Source of the DNA: Octopus sinensis
Lineage: Eukaryota
Assembly (NCBI RefSeq): GCF_006345805.1
Contig: NC_043011.1
Coordinates: forward strand, 40,126,464-40,190,463
Direction of reading: 5' to 3'
DNA: 64,000 bases
Shown: one piece after another, positions 1-12,776 of the stretch
Numbering within the stretch: the stretch's first letter is position 1
Layout: each line of letters starts with the position of its first letter
Made by a program: the position numbers and the translations under genes
The notes under the pieces: generated by a model
Told to the model about the DNA's origin: nothing
Seen by the model: the letters and a program-made list of their open reading frames with translations, nothing else
The model's database searches: none

Positions 1-349
1 TACATAATAGGAAAGAGAAAGGGCTTATTGGTTAACTGTGTCATATACAATATCTTCTTCCTTGCAGTAATTGGATCATGTCGAGTAGAGTGCATTGTGA
101 TTCCTTTTATTTTTGTTTTCTTTTTTAAAGTACATAGGGGAGGCATGGTTGGGTGGGTAAGAAGCTAGCTTCTTAACCACTTGGTTTTTGGTTCAGTCCC
201 ACTATGTGGAACCTTGCGTAAATGTCTTCTGTTACAGCTGTGGGACATCTTATCTCTGGTGAGGGAATGTGGTGGACAGACAGCATGAAACCCCTCATAA
301 TGTGTGTGCGTGTGTATGTGAATATATACATATGTGTGTGTGTGTGTGA

Positions 350-670
350 AGGCTCAGTGGTTAGATTGTCAGGTTCACAATCATGAGGTAGTGAGCTCGA
401 TTCCCAGACCAAGCTGTGTGTTGTGTTCTTGAGCGAGACACTTTATTTCACATTGCTCCAGCTTAGAAATGAGTTGCAACATCATTGGTGCTGAGCTGTA
501 TCAGCCCCTTTGCTTTTCCCTTGAAACATTGGTGGTATGGGGAGGGGAGGCTGGAATGCATAGGTGACTGATGGTCTTCCATAAACAACTTTACCTGGAC
601 TTCTGCTTCAGAGGGTAACTTTCTAGGTGCAATCCCATGGTCATTCATGACCAAAGGAGGTCTTCATCCT
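350..670 (+). mobile_element. tRNA-derived SINE, family D (head plus tail type C)
   Basis: A-box-like ggctcagtggttag and B-box-like gctcgattcccag, then tgtgttcttgagcgagacactttatttcacattgctcc; a second copy lies at 16398-16720. Confidence 0.8.
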
Positions 671-685
671 TGGTGTGTGTGTGTG

Positions 686-716
<31 letters not shown>

Positions 717-1309
717 GTCATAGGCTTTCTGCAGTTTTCATTTTCAAAATTTTCTCACAGGGGATATACACAGATACAGATCTGTCTATCTATGTGTGTG
801 TGCATGTATGCATGAATGTTGGTATCCTATGTTTGCCACTGGCTGAGTAAAGCAGAGGTGACATTATGACAGATCACTCCATGCTCTTGAAGACCCATGG
901 AATTATATAAACATTAAAAAAAACCTAACTTGGAAGACAGCTAAGGGTTAGCCACAGTAAAAGCATCTGGCTGTTTAATTTCACTAGAAAATCTACTTCC
1001 TATCCTGACCATAGCAATATGGAAAACTAGAAATTAAATGAATGAATGAATGAAGAAAAAACAGTTAAAACCTTTTAATTGTAGTAATCAATCTCATATG
1101 TCTTGGAAAGCCTGTTAAGGTCATGGACATCATCCCATTCTGTGTGTGTGTGTGTGTGTATGAGAGAGAGAGAGAGGGGGGTAGAGGGAGAGAGTGGTTT
1201 TCATCATCAAACCATAATATTTCCATTTGTCAAAGAAAAGTCTTTAATAATTCTTGAGTGGAAAAATCTTAACACTTTAATACAAGCACCACACTATGTT
1301 ACTTCTCTT

Positions 1310-1676
1310 TTATCCTTAATCTTTTACTTGTTTCAATCATTTGACTGTGGCCATGCTGGGGCACTGCCTTGAAGAATTTGTAGTCGAATAGAATGACCCC
1401 TGTACTTATTTCCAGTTTAAACCAGGTACTTATTCTATTGGTGTCTTTTGACAAACTGCGAAGTTACAGTGACATAAACACACACCAACATCAGTTGCCA
1501 AGCAGTGGTAGGGGACACAGACATACATATGACGGGCTTCTTTTAGTTTCCATCTACCAAATCCACTCACAAGGCTTTATAGTTGGCCTGAGGCTATAGT
1601 AGAAAACACTTGACCAAGGTGTCATGCAGTGGGACTGAGCTCAGGGCCATGTGGCTGGGAAACAAGCTTCTTACCA
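1310..1676 (-). mobile_element. tRNA-derived SINE family A (CORE-like), diverged copy
   Basis: Collinear with the young copy at 15983-16371: ttttacttgtttcaatcatttgactgtggccatgctgg...caaatccactcacaaggc...gcagtgggactga. Confidence 0.85.
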
Positions 1677-2599
1677 TTATCCAAAAAAAAAAGCGTTGTT
1701 GGAGATCGGTTCTGAAAAAAGTTTTTCCTTTATAAGCTTTTTGCCATATTGCCGAATATCAATGATGAGGAGGTTGCATTGAGGGTGATTTTGATCCACT
1801 AACTAATCAAGGGCAATGCTCTCTGCTTCGAACACATTAACGAAAATAACTAAGTAAATAAATAAATAAATATATCACAAAAATTTAAGAAGCATTAAAT
1901 TCTCATTCCTCATTTCCATACTTTCTGGACAAAAACATTTGTATATGTTTTATTCATATTTTATTCAATTTTATTTTGTTTCCATTCATCTTTTCCATTT
2001 TTTTTTATTTTTCATTAACCCCGATCGCCCCAGCCACCACCTCAGTATTACATAAGACTACAGTCAGAACCAATTTCCTGTTAGTTGGCCTTTACTACTA
2101 TTAACACAGAACCACCAGCCAATACTGGCTATATCCATAGCAGTCTATTAGTATCCGGCTGACCTTTTTATCAATTACTTTATCTACATATCTCACTGGT
2201 CGTACTTCCTAGACATCAAGGCTCTTATACAAACTGTACAAGATTTAGAAGAAGCTGACGAAAAGGAAGAGTAGTAGGGCATCATGCTAGCTTGTCAACT
2301 GTTTGCATTATCTATTAAACTGATGGATAAATTAGAGAATGGAAGGGTGAGGAGGAAGAGGAAGAGTAGGATGAGGAGGAGAAAAATAAATCATAATTGT
2401 AACCTTTGTATCTCATTAGCATACAGCTACACACATTTGTGTACCTATTCCTTTATTTCTTCTTTTACATCTGTTGAGGCTAATATTGTGGACGCGACAA
2501 ATGGTTTCGTAGAATCTAGTCTTGCAACATCAACCTATTTCCATTCTTGAACGGTTAAAATTAACTTCCTTCATTAAATCCTAAGTGACTTTGTAATGG

Positions 2600-3500
2600 A
2601 GAAAACGCATTAGCAGTGACGGGATGCAAGCAACTGAACCTATGCATTTCACAGGATACAAAGCAGAAAATCAGCAGAATACAAATCATTTGGGCTTAAA
2701 TAGCTGGTAAATTAGATCTTTATAGGTTACACACCAGTGAACCTTTTAATGATAGTTCATTAACCACACAGAATATATAACTAGTGAACTCATCGATGGT
2801 AGATCAGTACCACATAGGATAAAAACCAAAGGACTTGTAAATGGTAATCAAAATTTTTCCGAATATGAAACACTGAAATTTTGAATGATAGCTCAATACT
2901 TCACAGAATACAAAATTACTGAACCTATGAATGGTAGATCAGTACCACATAGGATAAAAGATACAGAAATGATAGCTCAATACCTCACAGCATACAAAAT
3001 CATTGAACTCATGAATGGTAGATCAGTACCACATACCATAAAAACCAATGGATTTGTAAATGGTAACTCAAAATCTGTCAGAATATGAAGTACTGAATAG
3101 AATACAAAATTACTGAACCTGTGAATGGTAGATCAGTACTGCAAAGGTTAAAATCTACAGAAATGATAGCTCAATACTTTGAATTTATAAATAATAGTTC
3201 AATATTTCACAGAATACAAAACCATTGAACCCATGTATGGGTAGATCAGTACCACATGGAATACAAACCAATGAATTTTGGAAATGATAACTCAACATCT
3301 TTTAGAAAAGGAAACACTGAATCTTTGAATGATAGCTCAATACTTCATAGAATATAAACCAATTTTTGAGTTTATCAGCACTTATTTCTATTTTAAACTT
3401 GGTGGACGCTCTGTTACAGAATACAAACCACTGAAGCTCTGTACGGTAGCTCAACACCTCACAGAATACAAAATCCTTGAACTTATCAACACTTTCCAAA
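2600..3500. repeat. Diverged minisatellite of ~38-46 nt units with alternating subunits
   Basis: Recurrent aatgatagctcaatacttcacagaatacaaaa / aatggtagatcagtaccacatagg / aatggtaactcaaaat units starting at e.g. 2884, 2930, 2968, 3014, 3059. Confidence 0.85.
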
Positions 3501-3549
3501 TACAAATTGAAAGAATCCTATCATGCATTTATGCATGTGGTGTGTGCTT

Positions 3550-3770
3550 GTGTTACCTTGTCTTGACATCATGTAACAGCTGTAAATGAGTGTCACCATC
3601 ATACAAGCAGTGTTGTTCATTTCCAATTTTCCAGGAAAATATACCCAGATGCTTGGAAACAAGTGAGGCTTGGTGACGGGAAGGACATCCGACCATAGAA
3701 AGTTTGCCTCAACAAGTTCAATCTGATCCATGCAGGCACAGAAAAGTGGACATTGAAACAAAGACGATTT
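3550..3770 (+). mobile_element. SINE 3' module (tail B, RTE-like end)
   Basis: ccttgtcttgacatc...ggttggtgacgggaaggacatcc...catgcaggcacagaaaagtggacatt; same module at 10960-11430, 21510-21710, 24440-24680, 53230-53460, 58500-58700. Confidence 0.75.
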
Positions 3771-3912
3771 ACAGGGGGAAGGCTTTCAATCATAGGTCCG
3801 TTCTTTGATCAAGACTGACCAACAAATAAACAACAACAGCAAAAACACATATATGTCTGTTCCTGAGACAGACACAAATACATTTCTAAAAATACACACA
3901 CGCACATTTCTA

Positions 3913-3943
<31 letters not shown>

Positions 3944-4099
3944 ATAGTTGTGTATAGCAAACTACTATAACTGAAAAATGTATCTAATCCAGACAGACTT
4001 TATAATTAATTACAGTTCAATCACAAAACATCACAGAAAGAGCTTATCAATAGATTGTATATCTGTCTCCTCCTCGACCACCTCTTCCATCTCACCCTC

Positions 4100-4131
<32 letters not shown>

Positions 4132-4856
4132 TTCTATTTCTGTTCTGCCTTTTTACTTTCACTTTTTATTTGTTTTTTTTTTGTTCTTTTGCCTCTTATT
4201 TTTTTTTTTACACCCCACCTCCTTCGTCACAACTCTCATTAAATATGAAATTTGATTTTCATAAACAAACCAGACATTCCAATTTGGTGAATACTATTAA
4301 AAACAAAATATAAATTTAGAAAAAAAATTCATAAGTATTATTATTATTATTACTGTCATCATAATCATCATCATTCCAATGTCTCGATGTCTATTCACTT
4401 TCTCAATAAATAACATTTGTGGTGTGTGTGTGTGTGTGTGTGTGTGCATGCGCGCTGTTATTTATTAACCACGGTCAGCTGAGATGTTTGGTAGATTTGA
4501 AGGTCCGATGGTAGCTTATCCTCAAATTTATTTAGTCTGAATTCTAGCTCTATTCAATTTGTCGTCATTTTCAAGCAGTGTTGCATGCCTTTATAAGTGA
4601 AGGTTTCAAACTACATGACACTTTGTTTTATAAACAGTCGAGAAGTTTGTTGAAGCAGATTTAGGTGCTACATCGTACAGCAGTTTAACACATCTGTAAT
4701 TACATCTCTAACAAGTAGACCACTTATCTCTCTCAAAGTCAATAGCTAAGATACCAGTCAAATACTGGAGGCAATCCTTTCTCTTTCTCACACAAAATGG
4801 GTTATGTTGTGCTGTGAGAGGATTAGGAAGCACTCAAAGAACCCCACCTTTTTTTT

Positions 4857-5075
4857 AAAACCCTTTAGCATTCAGATTACTCTGTGAAATGTAATGCTTA
4901 TTCACAATGTTTTAAATTAATCATGCATTATCTTGTAGCTTTGAGATACTGCTGATGGGATTACTTTTAGAATGACATTGCAGGGTAGGTGAGAGAGGCA
5001 GGATCTGATTGGTTTCAACATAAAACAAGTAGAATAGTTGGGCTTGATATGGGTGGTAAAATGCCCAAGGATTAA
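4857..5075. mobile_element. piggyBac-like MITE (~215 bp), diverged
   Basis: Starts ccctttagcattcagattactctg and ends ...aaggattaa; same family as 13021-13600, 22770-22986, 44140-44651. Confidence 0.7.
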
Positions 5076-5519
5076 GGAACAGAAGAGGGCTGTATTAGGG
5101 GCTAGCAAATGCTTCTCATCTACTATGATACAACAACTATCCAAAGGAACCAAAAAATAAGACATGCATAGACAGACCAATGTGCTGTATGACACATAAT
5201 AGCTCCTCTGAAGGGCTGCCCCTCATCAAGGTTGTCCATGTGTCAAGATTTGAACTCAGAACAAAGAGCCAGAGAACTACTGTAAGGCATCTGGTTCATT
5301 GTTCTTACTTTTCTACAGATTCCTAGCTCCAGATCGGTATTTTGGTACTTTTTTATACTGACATGGAATGGATGAAATGTGAAGTTCACCTTGATGGGAT
5401 TTGAACACAGAGGAGAAAGATCTGGAACAAATTCTGTCCAATGCTCTAATAACAGCCAACTCTCAACCTGTTTTTCAATATAATCAAAATTTTGGTGGAG
5501 CTCAGTAAAAGACCTAACT

Positions 5520-5912
5520 TTATATATTCTTTTACTTGTTTCAGTCATTTGACTGCATCTATGCTGGAACACCACCTCTAGTCGAACAAACTGACCCCAA
5601 GACTTATTTTTTGTAAGCCTAGTACATACTCTATCAGTCTCTTTTGCTGAACCACTAAATTACAGGGACGTAAACACACCAACATCAGTTGTCAAGCGAT
5701 GGTGGGGGACAAACACAGATGCACAAACATATATATATGTGTATGTATATATGACGGGCTTCTTTCAGTTTTCGTCAACCAAATCCACTCACAAGGCTTT
5801 GGTCAGCCCGAGGCTAAAGTAGAAGACACTTGGCCAAGGTACTACACCGTGGGACTGAACCCGGAACCATGTGGTTGGAAAGCAAGCTTCTTACTACACA
5901 ACCACACCTACA
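5520..5912 (-). mobile_element. SINE family A, full length
   Basis: Full collinearity with 15983-16371, including the microsatellite hinge. Confidence 0.9.
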
Positions 5913-7399
5913 TCTATTATATACATACATACATGCTAATACAAGACCCACATTAGACTCCTCACTCGTATCATTATCGAACCAAGAGTTTAATCATGGT
6001 CTATCCACAGCACTTACGTAGTGTTACCCAACACTCTTTGGCTCTTCTAGATACCAATACCTCATATATATATATATATATCAATCATCATTTTAATGCC
6101 AATCTTCCATGTGGTATGGGTTGGATGATTTCACAGGAGCTGGCAAGCCAAAGGATTGCCCCAGGCTCTGTCTCTTTTATCAGGGTTCTAACAGCTGGAT
6201 GCTCTTCCTAACGTCAACCACAATGTACTCAGGACACTGTGTAATGTAGCTGACAAACACATGAAGACAACATATAGTTGAGAGAACACTTTAGTCTAGT
6301 CAAGAACGAGACATCCTCTCAGGTGCTGGTGCCACAAGAAAATCTACCTAATCAATATCTATAAAGCTGAAATGTGAAAAAGTTGTTTGATTTCTTGGAC
6401 ATTTGTCTCAATTTGGGATGGGAACAGTTTAACGGGTGGTAGATGGGGTTGGATTGGTGCCAAAATTTACATGGAGCGGTGTGGGGTAAAATGGGGTGGG
6501 CAATGGTGTGAGGAAGGCTGCAAGTCGCTCAGGGCTACTGCTTGGTTGCCATGGTGAGGAATATGGGAAAAATTGAGTTTTATGGGTTGCGCTGTTTGAA
6601 TAATGGTGGCATATATATGCATATTGTGCATGTTTGTATGTGTGTGTGCACGCATATGTACATGCAGACATGGCTGTTTGTTTACGAAGTTCACTTCCCA
6701 ATGTGGTTTCATGTTCAGTCCCACTACAGCACTTCAGGCAAGTGGCTTCTACTATAGACCTAAGCTAACAAGAGCTTTGTGAATGAATATAATACAAGAA
6801 AACCTGAAGAAGTCCATTGTATGTACATTGTGTGTGTTTACATGCGTGCATTATAAAATTGCTCTGAGCAGTGTTGCGCTTCTCCCTTCTGTCAACAAAT
6901 CATCATCACACCATCTAAGATGAATGAAAGACACACCTTATTTGTAAAGCAGATAAGGGTTGGTGACAGGAAGGGTATCCAGCTCGAAAATAATGCCTTA
7001 GTAGTAAATTCATTTTAAAGAAGGTCCCACTAACAATTTACTGTGTCACAGCACTCCTATATTTTTCTTTATTTCTCCTTCTCCCCCTTCTTTCCCCACA
7101 GCTGCTTCTCTTCCTGCATCTTCTCCTTCTCCCTCAGCTGCTTCTGCTTAAACCATCAATTCTCTGTACCCAAACTATTCCTTCAGATTTACTATTACCC
7201 ACTACAAAACATTTCAGTTAATTTTTTTTCCTCCAATTTAATTATTTTTCTTATTTTACTTTTAGTTGAAAAAGTCTAAAAGGCAGAAACCAGTACTAAA
7301 ACGTATTTCATGATAAAATCATTTTAACATTTTCTACCTTCTGTTATTTTCCTTATACATATCAACTTGTGTGTTACTTTTCTACCTTCTACATAAATA

Positions 7400-7588
7400 T
7401 ATATATTGGACTTTTCTCTCTTTATTGTCTCTCCTTGTTTCTTTCAGTTGAAGAGCGTAGGCTCGAAACGTTAAAGACTTTTTCACTTCCTGATACTAAT
7501 ACATCTGTTTATTGTCTACATCACCTGTCTTCGTCTTTTGTTTTTTTGTGAATTCTCCCTCTATACACACACACATATACATACACAC

Positions 7589-7626
<38 letters not shown>

Positions 7627-7745
7627 GTAAATGTAATATGTGACAATTATTCGGTAGCCAAGATAAAACTCTAAGTTTTGGATGCCGAGGTGGAAATCAA
7701 CACCATCATCTCTTCAGTTATCCGGCCATCTTACCGTTAATCTAC
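7400..7745. mobile_element. Two opposed Penelope-like terminal remnants with degenerate hammerhead motifs
   Basis: + strand cttt-cagttgaa-gagc-gtag-gctc-gaaa-cg-tt-aaag (7441-7476); - strand gataa-ctgaaga-gatg...catc-c-aaaa-ct-tag-ag-tt-ttatc (7662-7722); separated by a (CA/TA)n tract. Confidence 0.5.
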
Positions 7746-7754
7746 CGTTTTTAC

Positions 7755-8492
7755 AAATATACATATATATATACATATATATATACATATATATATATAT
7801 ACATATATATATATACATACTATATATATACATATATATATACAACATATATATATACATCATATATATATATATATATATACATACATATATATATACA
7901 TACATATATATAACATACATATATATATATATATACATACATATATATATACATACATATATATATAACATACATATATACATACTATATATATACATAC
8001 ATATATATAACATACATATATATATACATATATATATACATACATATATATATACATACATATATATATACATATATATACATACATATATATATACATA
8101 CATATATAATAAATATATATATACATACATATAATATACATACATATATATATACAATATATATACATACATATATAATACATACATATATATACATATA
8201 TATATACATACATATATATATACATACATATATATATACATACATATATATATACATACATATATATATACATACATATATATATACATACATATATATA
8301 TACATACATATATATATACATACATATATATATACATACATATATATATATATACATATATATATACATACATATATATATATACATATATATATACATA
8401 CATATATATATACATATATATATACATATACATATATATATACATACATAATATATATACATACATATATATATACATACATATATATATAC

Positions 8493-8525
<33 letters not shown>

Positions 8526-8661
8526 CATATATATATATATACATACATATATATATACATACATATATATATATACATACATATATATATATACATATAT
8601 ATACATACATATATATATACATACATATATATATACATACATATATATATATATACATACA

Positions 8662-8701
<40 letters not shown>

Positions 8702-8746
8702 CATACATATATATATACATATATATATATATACATATATATATAC

Positions 8747-8783
<37 letters not shown>

Positions 8784-8901
8784 CATATATATACATATAT
8801 ATATATATATAATATATACATATATATATATATACATATTATATATATACACATATATATATATATACATATATATATACATATATATAATATAATATAC
8901 A

Positions 8902-8935
<34 letters not shown>

Positions 8936-9264
8936 ATACATATATACATATATACATACATATATACATACATATATACATATATATATACATATATATA
9001 TATATATCACATATATACATATATATACATATATACATATATACATATATATATACATATATACATATATATACATATATACATATATACATATATATAT
9101 ACATATATATATACATATATATATATATACATAATATAATATATATATATATACATATATACATATATATATACATATATACATATATATATACATATAT
9201 ATACATATATATATACATATATACATATATATATACATATATACATATATATATACATATATAC

Positions 9265-9327
<63 letters not shown>

Positions 9328-9335
9328 TACACATG
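7755..9335. repeat. Very long compound (TA)n/(TACA)n microsatellite, ~1.6 kb
   Basis: Directly visible; source of the poly-Y/I/M/V/C ORFs at 7682-9369. Confidence 0.98.
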
Positions 9336-9789
9336 TGAATGTGTGCGTAATGTAGCTCAGGAGAAACAAATTGGAAAATTATTCAGACACATGTCCATGG
9401 TAGAAATAAGAGAAAAAGTTTGTGTTGGCATGTGTATGAACAAAAGTGAATAACAGAAAGTGTAAGATGGGTAAAGAGTGCATGTATATATATGTATATG
9501 TATCACACACACACTAGTGTGTACACAAGTACAAGTCTATGTCCATGATTTGAAGTAAAAGAGTATGTGTGTGTGTGAGAGAGAGAGAGCATGTGGAAGT
9601 GAGAGATGTCAAATTCAAAATTGCAATAACGAAAGAGGAAAAGAACCACATTAATTCACTTGAACTAAAATAAGTTGTAATATGGGAAATTATAAAATAA
9701 AAAAATTAAAAAAACCGCAACCTATTCTCATCTTTATATTCCTTAGTTTGACATGTTATTTGGAAAATGAAACAATTATAATGTTGTGC

Positions 9790-10155
9790 GAGTGTCTGTG
9801 TGTGTGGGTGGCAGTGTCTGCATGTGTGCCTGTCTTTGTTAGTGTGCGTGTCTGATTGTGTGTGTGCATGACTGTGCATGTGTGTGTGCGCATGCCTGTG
9901 CTTGTGTGTGTGTGCGCTTCTCTGTGCTTGTTTGTATGCGCGTGCCTCTGTCTGTGCGCTTGTCTGTGCTTGTGTGTATGCGCATGCCTGTGTGTGTGTG
10001 TGTGCATGTCTGTGTTTGTGTGTGTGCCTATGTTTGTATGTGTGTGTACGTACCTGTGCGTGCGTGCCTGTGTTTGTGTGTGCGCGCCTGTGCTTGTGTG
10101 TGGGTGCGCGTACCTGTGTTTGTGTGTGTGCGCGTGCCTGTGTGTATGTGTATAT
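9790..10155. repeat. Degenerate (TG)n/(TGCG)-rich alternating purine-pyrimidine tract
   Basis: gtgtgtgcgcatgcctgtgcttgtgtgtg-type repeats. Confidence 0.9.
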
Positions 10156-10494
10156 ATAAGTAATTATTTGGACCATGGGTATATGGTTAGTAGTATGCTG
10201 ATCAAAGCACTTTCACCGTTTAAGCTACCTGATGTCATCCACAATTATGATGTGTCACTGGATCAACGGCAGGAATTCTGCAGTGTTTGTTGAGTTTATA
10301 ACGAAGGAAGGAAATGGAAAATAGAGTCAGTAAGAATCTTTATTTAAAACAAGACATCCGACAAGATGCATTCTGCACTGGTGGATGCAACACAACTAGC
10401 TGAACAATATTCCACCTGCAAGGGGCAGATGCAGAATGGGTCAAAATGCATTGAATAAGGACTCTTGCTAACTCCATTTTCCATGTCCTTCTTT

Positions 10495-10527
<33 letters not shown>

Positions 10528-10530
<3 letters not shown>

Positions 10531-10920
10531 GTACAGGAGTGGCTGTATGGTAAGTAGCTTGCTTACCAACCATATGGTTCCAAGTTCAATCTCACTGCAT
10601 GGCACCTTGGGCAAGTATCTGCTACTATAGCCTTGGGCTGACCAAAGCTTTGTGAGTGGTTTTGGTAGCCAGAAACTGAAAGAAGCCCATCGTATATATA
10701 ATATATATGTGTATGTGTGTGTGTGTGTGTTCATGTGTTTGTCCCCCCAACATCGCTTGACAACCAATGCTGGTGTGTTTACATCCCCGAAACTTAGCGG
10801 TTTGGCAAAAGTGACTGACAGAATAAGTACTAGGCTTACAAAGTCCTGGGGTCAATTTGCTCAACTAAAGGTGGTGCTCCAGCATGAGCACAGTCAAAAT
10901 GACTGAAACAAACAAAAGAT
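10528..10920 (+). mobile_element. SINE family A, full length (tail A)
   Basis: Head ggagtggctgtatggtaagtagcttgc...caagttcaatctc; CORE-like ccttgggcaagtatct; (TA/TG) hinge; tail ...gactgaaacaaacaaaagat. Confidence 0.9.
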
Positions 10921-11058
10921 ATATATAAATGAGTGTGTGTCTGTGCGTACACTGTTCTTGCGTCTTGATATCATACGATGGTTGTAAATGTGCATCACCA
11001 TTATACCAGTGATGTTGTTCCTTTCCATTGGCTATAGGGAAGCGTTATAATGTTATGC

Positions 11059-11292
11059 AAGGCGGCGAGCTGGCAGAATCGTTAGCACGCCGAGTGAAAT
11101 GCGTAGCCGTATTTCATCTGCCGTTATGTTGTGAGTTCAAATTCCGCCTAGGTCGACTTTGCCCTTCATCCTTTCGGGGTCGATAAATTAAGTGCCAGTT
11201 TCGCACTGGGGTTGGTGTAATCGACTTAATCCCTTTGTCTGTCCTTGTTTGTCCCCTCTATGTTTAGCCCCTTGTGGGCAATAAAGAAATAT
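11059..11292 (+). mobile_element. SINE family B (Meta-domain-like centre), young copy nested in a tail-B module
   Basis: aaggcggcgagctggcagaatcgttagc...gagttcaaattcc...gtcgactttgcccttcatcctttcggggtcgataaattaag; flanking direct repeat gggaagcgtt at 11037-11046 and 11298-11307. Confidence 0.9.
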
Positions 11293-11489
11293 ATATTGGG
11301 AAGCGTTTTCTTGTTCGGAAACAGGTGGAAGTTGGATGCAGGAAGGGCATCCAGCTAGAGAAAATCTGCTTCACTAGATTCCACCAGACCCCATATGCAA
11401 GCAAGGGAAAGTGAACGAAAGTTAAATGATGATGATAATGGTAATGATGGTGGTGGTGGTGGTGGTGTGTGTGTGTGTGTGTGTGCGCT

Positions 11490-11838
11490 ATACTCTTTTT
11501 TTTACTTGTTTCAGTCATTTGACTGCGGCCATGCTGGAGCACTGCCTTTAGTCGAGCAACTCGACCCCGGGACTTATTCTTGTAAGCCCAGTGCTTATTC
11601 TATCGGTCTCTTTTTGCCGAACCGCTAAGTGACGGGGACGTGAACACACCAGCATCGGTTGTCAAGCAATGCTAGGGGGACAAACACAGACACACAAACA
11701 CACACACATATATATATATAAGACAGGCTTCTTTCAGTTTCCGTCTACCAAATCCACTCACAAGGCATTGGTCGGCCCGGGGCTATAGCAGAAGACACTT
11801 GCCCAAGATGCCACGCAGTGGGACTGAACCCAGAACCA
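11490..11838 (-). mobile_element. SINE family A, young copy missing the extreme 5' head
   Basis: Near-identical to 15983-16330. Confidence 0.92.
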
Positions 11839-12509
11839 TATCTCACTTTCTATTAAAATGACACCCCCCCTTTCACACATCAAACATTATGAAATGCACA
11901 ACATTCCTACTACAACATTAAAAAAAAAAAAAAATTTGATGGCACCCAACCGAGTAAGCCATGTGACTTCGGTGACTTCACTGACACAGTTTACAGTCCT
12001 GTTCAAACGACAACAGTTAATAATTGTGGATATTAGCAGACAGGCAGGCAAACAGATTGGCCTAGAGGGAACATTTATTTATTTCCTTTGACCATTTCAG
12101 CTGATATTAACAGGATCACTTGAAGAAGTGAGAGAGAAAGAGAGAGAGAGAAAGGGGTGGGCATGGCGGGGAGTAGATAATAGTCTGTAGTCAAATAGAG
12201 CACAGCAGACAGCTCTTGATAGACAATGGTAGATATAGGGATACTGAGAACAGAATGTGTTAGTAAAAGTATGTATAAGGATGTTGTCTTGCATAGGCAT
12301 GCGTGTGTGTATTGCTATACTTGGGAATGGTCATATTTTGCTAATAAAACACACACACACACACTATATATATATCTGTCCTTAACTTTAGTTTTATTTA
12401 GTTTTTGTATCTGGTTTGCAGGTGCTGTGACTTTCCCTAAACCTAACAAATTTCAAGCAAGCCTGGTCACCACACTTTCACCACTTGCCATAGTCCATTG
12501 GAAATTGCA

Positions 12510-12776
12510 GATGTGTTACCAGTGCCGGTGGCATGTAAGAGAACCTTCCGTTTTGCGACCGTTACCAGCGCCGACCCGACTGGCCTTGTGCCGGTGGCAC
12601 GTAAAAAGCACCCACTACACTCACGGAGTGGTTGGCGTTAGGAAGGGCATCCAGCCATAGAAACACTGCCAGATTTGACTGGGCCTGATGAAGCCTTCTG
12701 GCTTCACAGACCCCAGTAAAACCGTCCAACCCATGCTAGCATGGAAAACGGACGCTAAACGATGATGATGATGATT
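12510..12776 (+). mobile_element. SINE-like family C (tandem GC-rich modules plus RTE-like tail ending (gat)n)
   Basis: gactggccttgtgccggtggcacgtaaaaagcacccactacactc...ggttggcgttaggaagggcatccagcc...catgctagcatggaaaacggacgctaaacgatgatg. Confidence 0.85.

Noticed and set aside
2030-2170. Two CCAAT boxes in a unique stretch (possible promoter)
   Set aside because: These are short motifs with no associated exon or TSS evidence.
2600-3500. Possible CRISPR-like array
   Set aside because: The context is eukaryotic, there are no invariant repeats with unique spacers, and there are no cas genes; it is a diverged minisatellite.
7682-9369. Longest ORFs in the track (360-490 aa of Y/I/M/V/C)
   Set aside because: They are translations of a TA/TACA microsatellite that lacks stop codons, not genes.
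9706-10293. His/Thr- and Cys/Val-rich ORFs
   Set aside because: They are (TG)n/(CA)n repeat artefacts.
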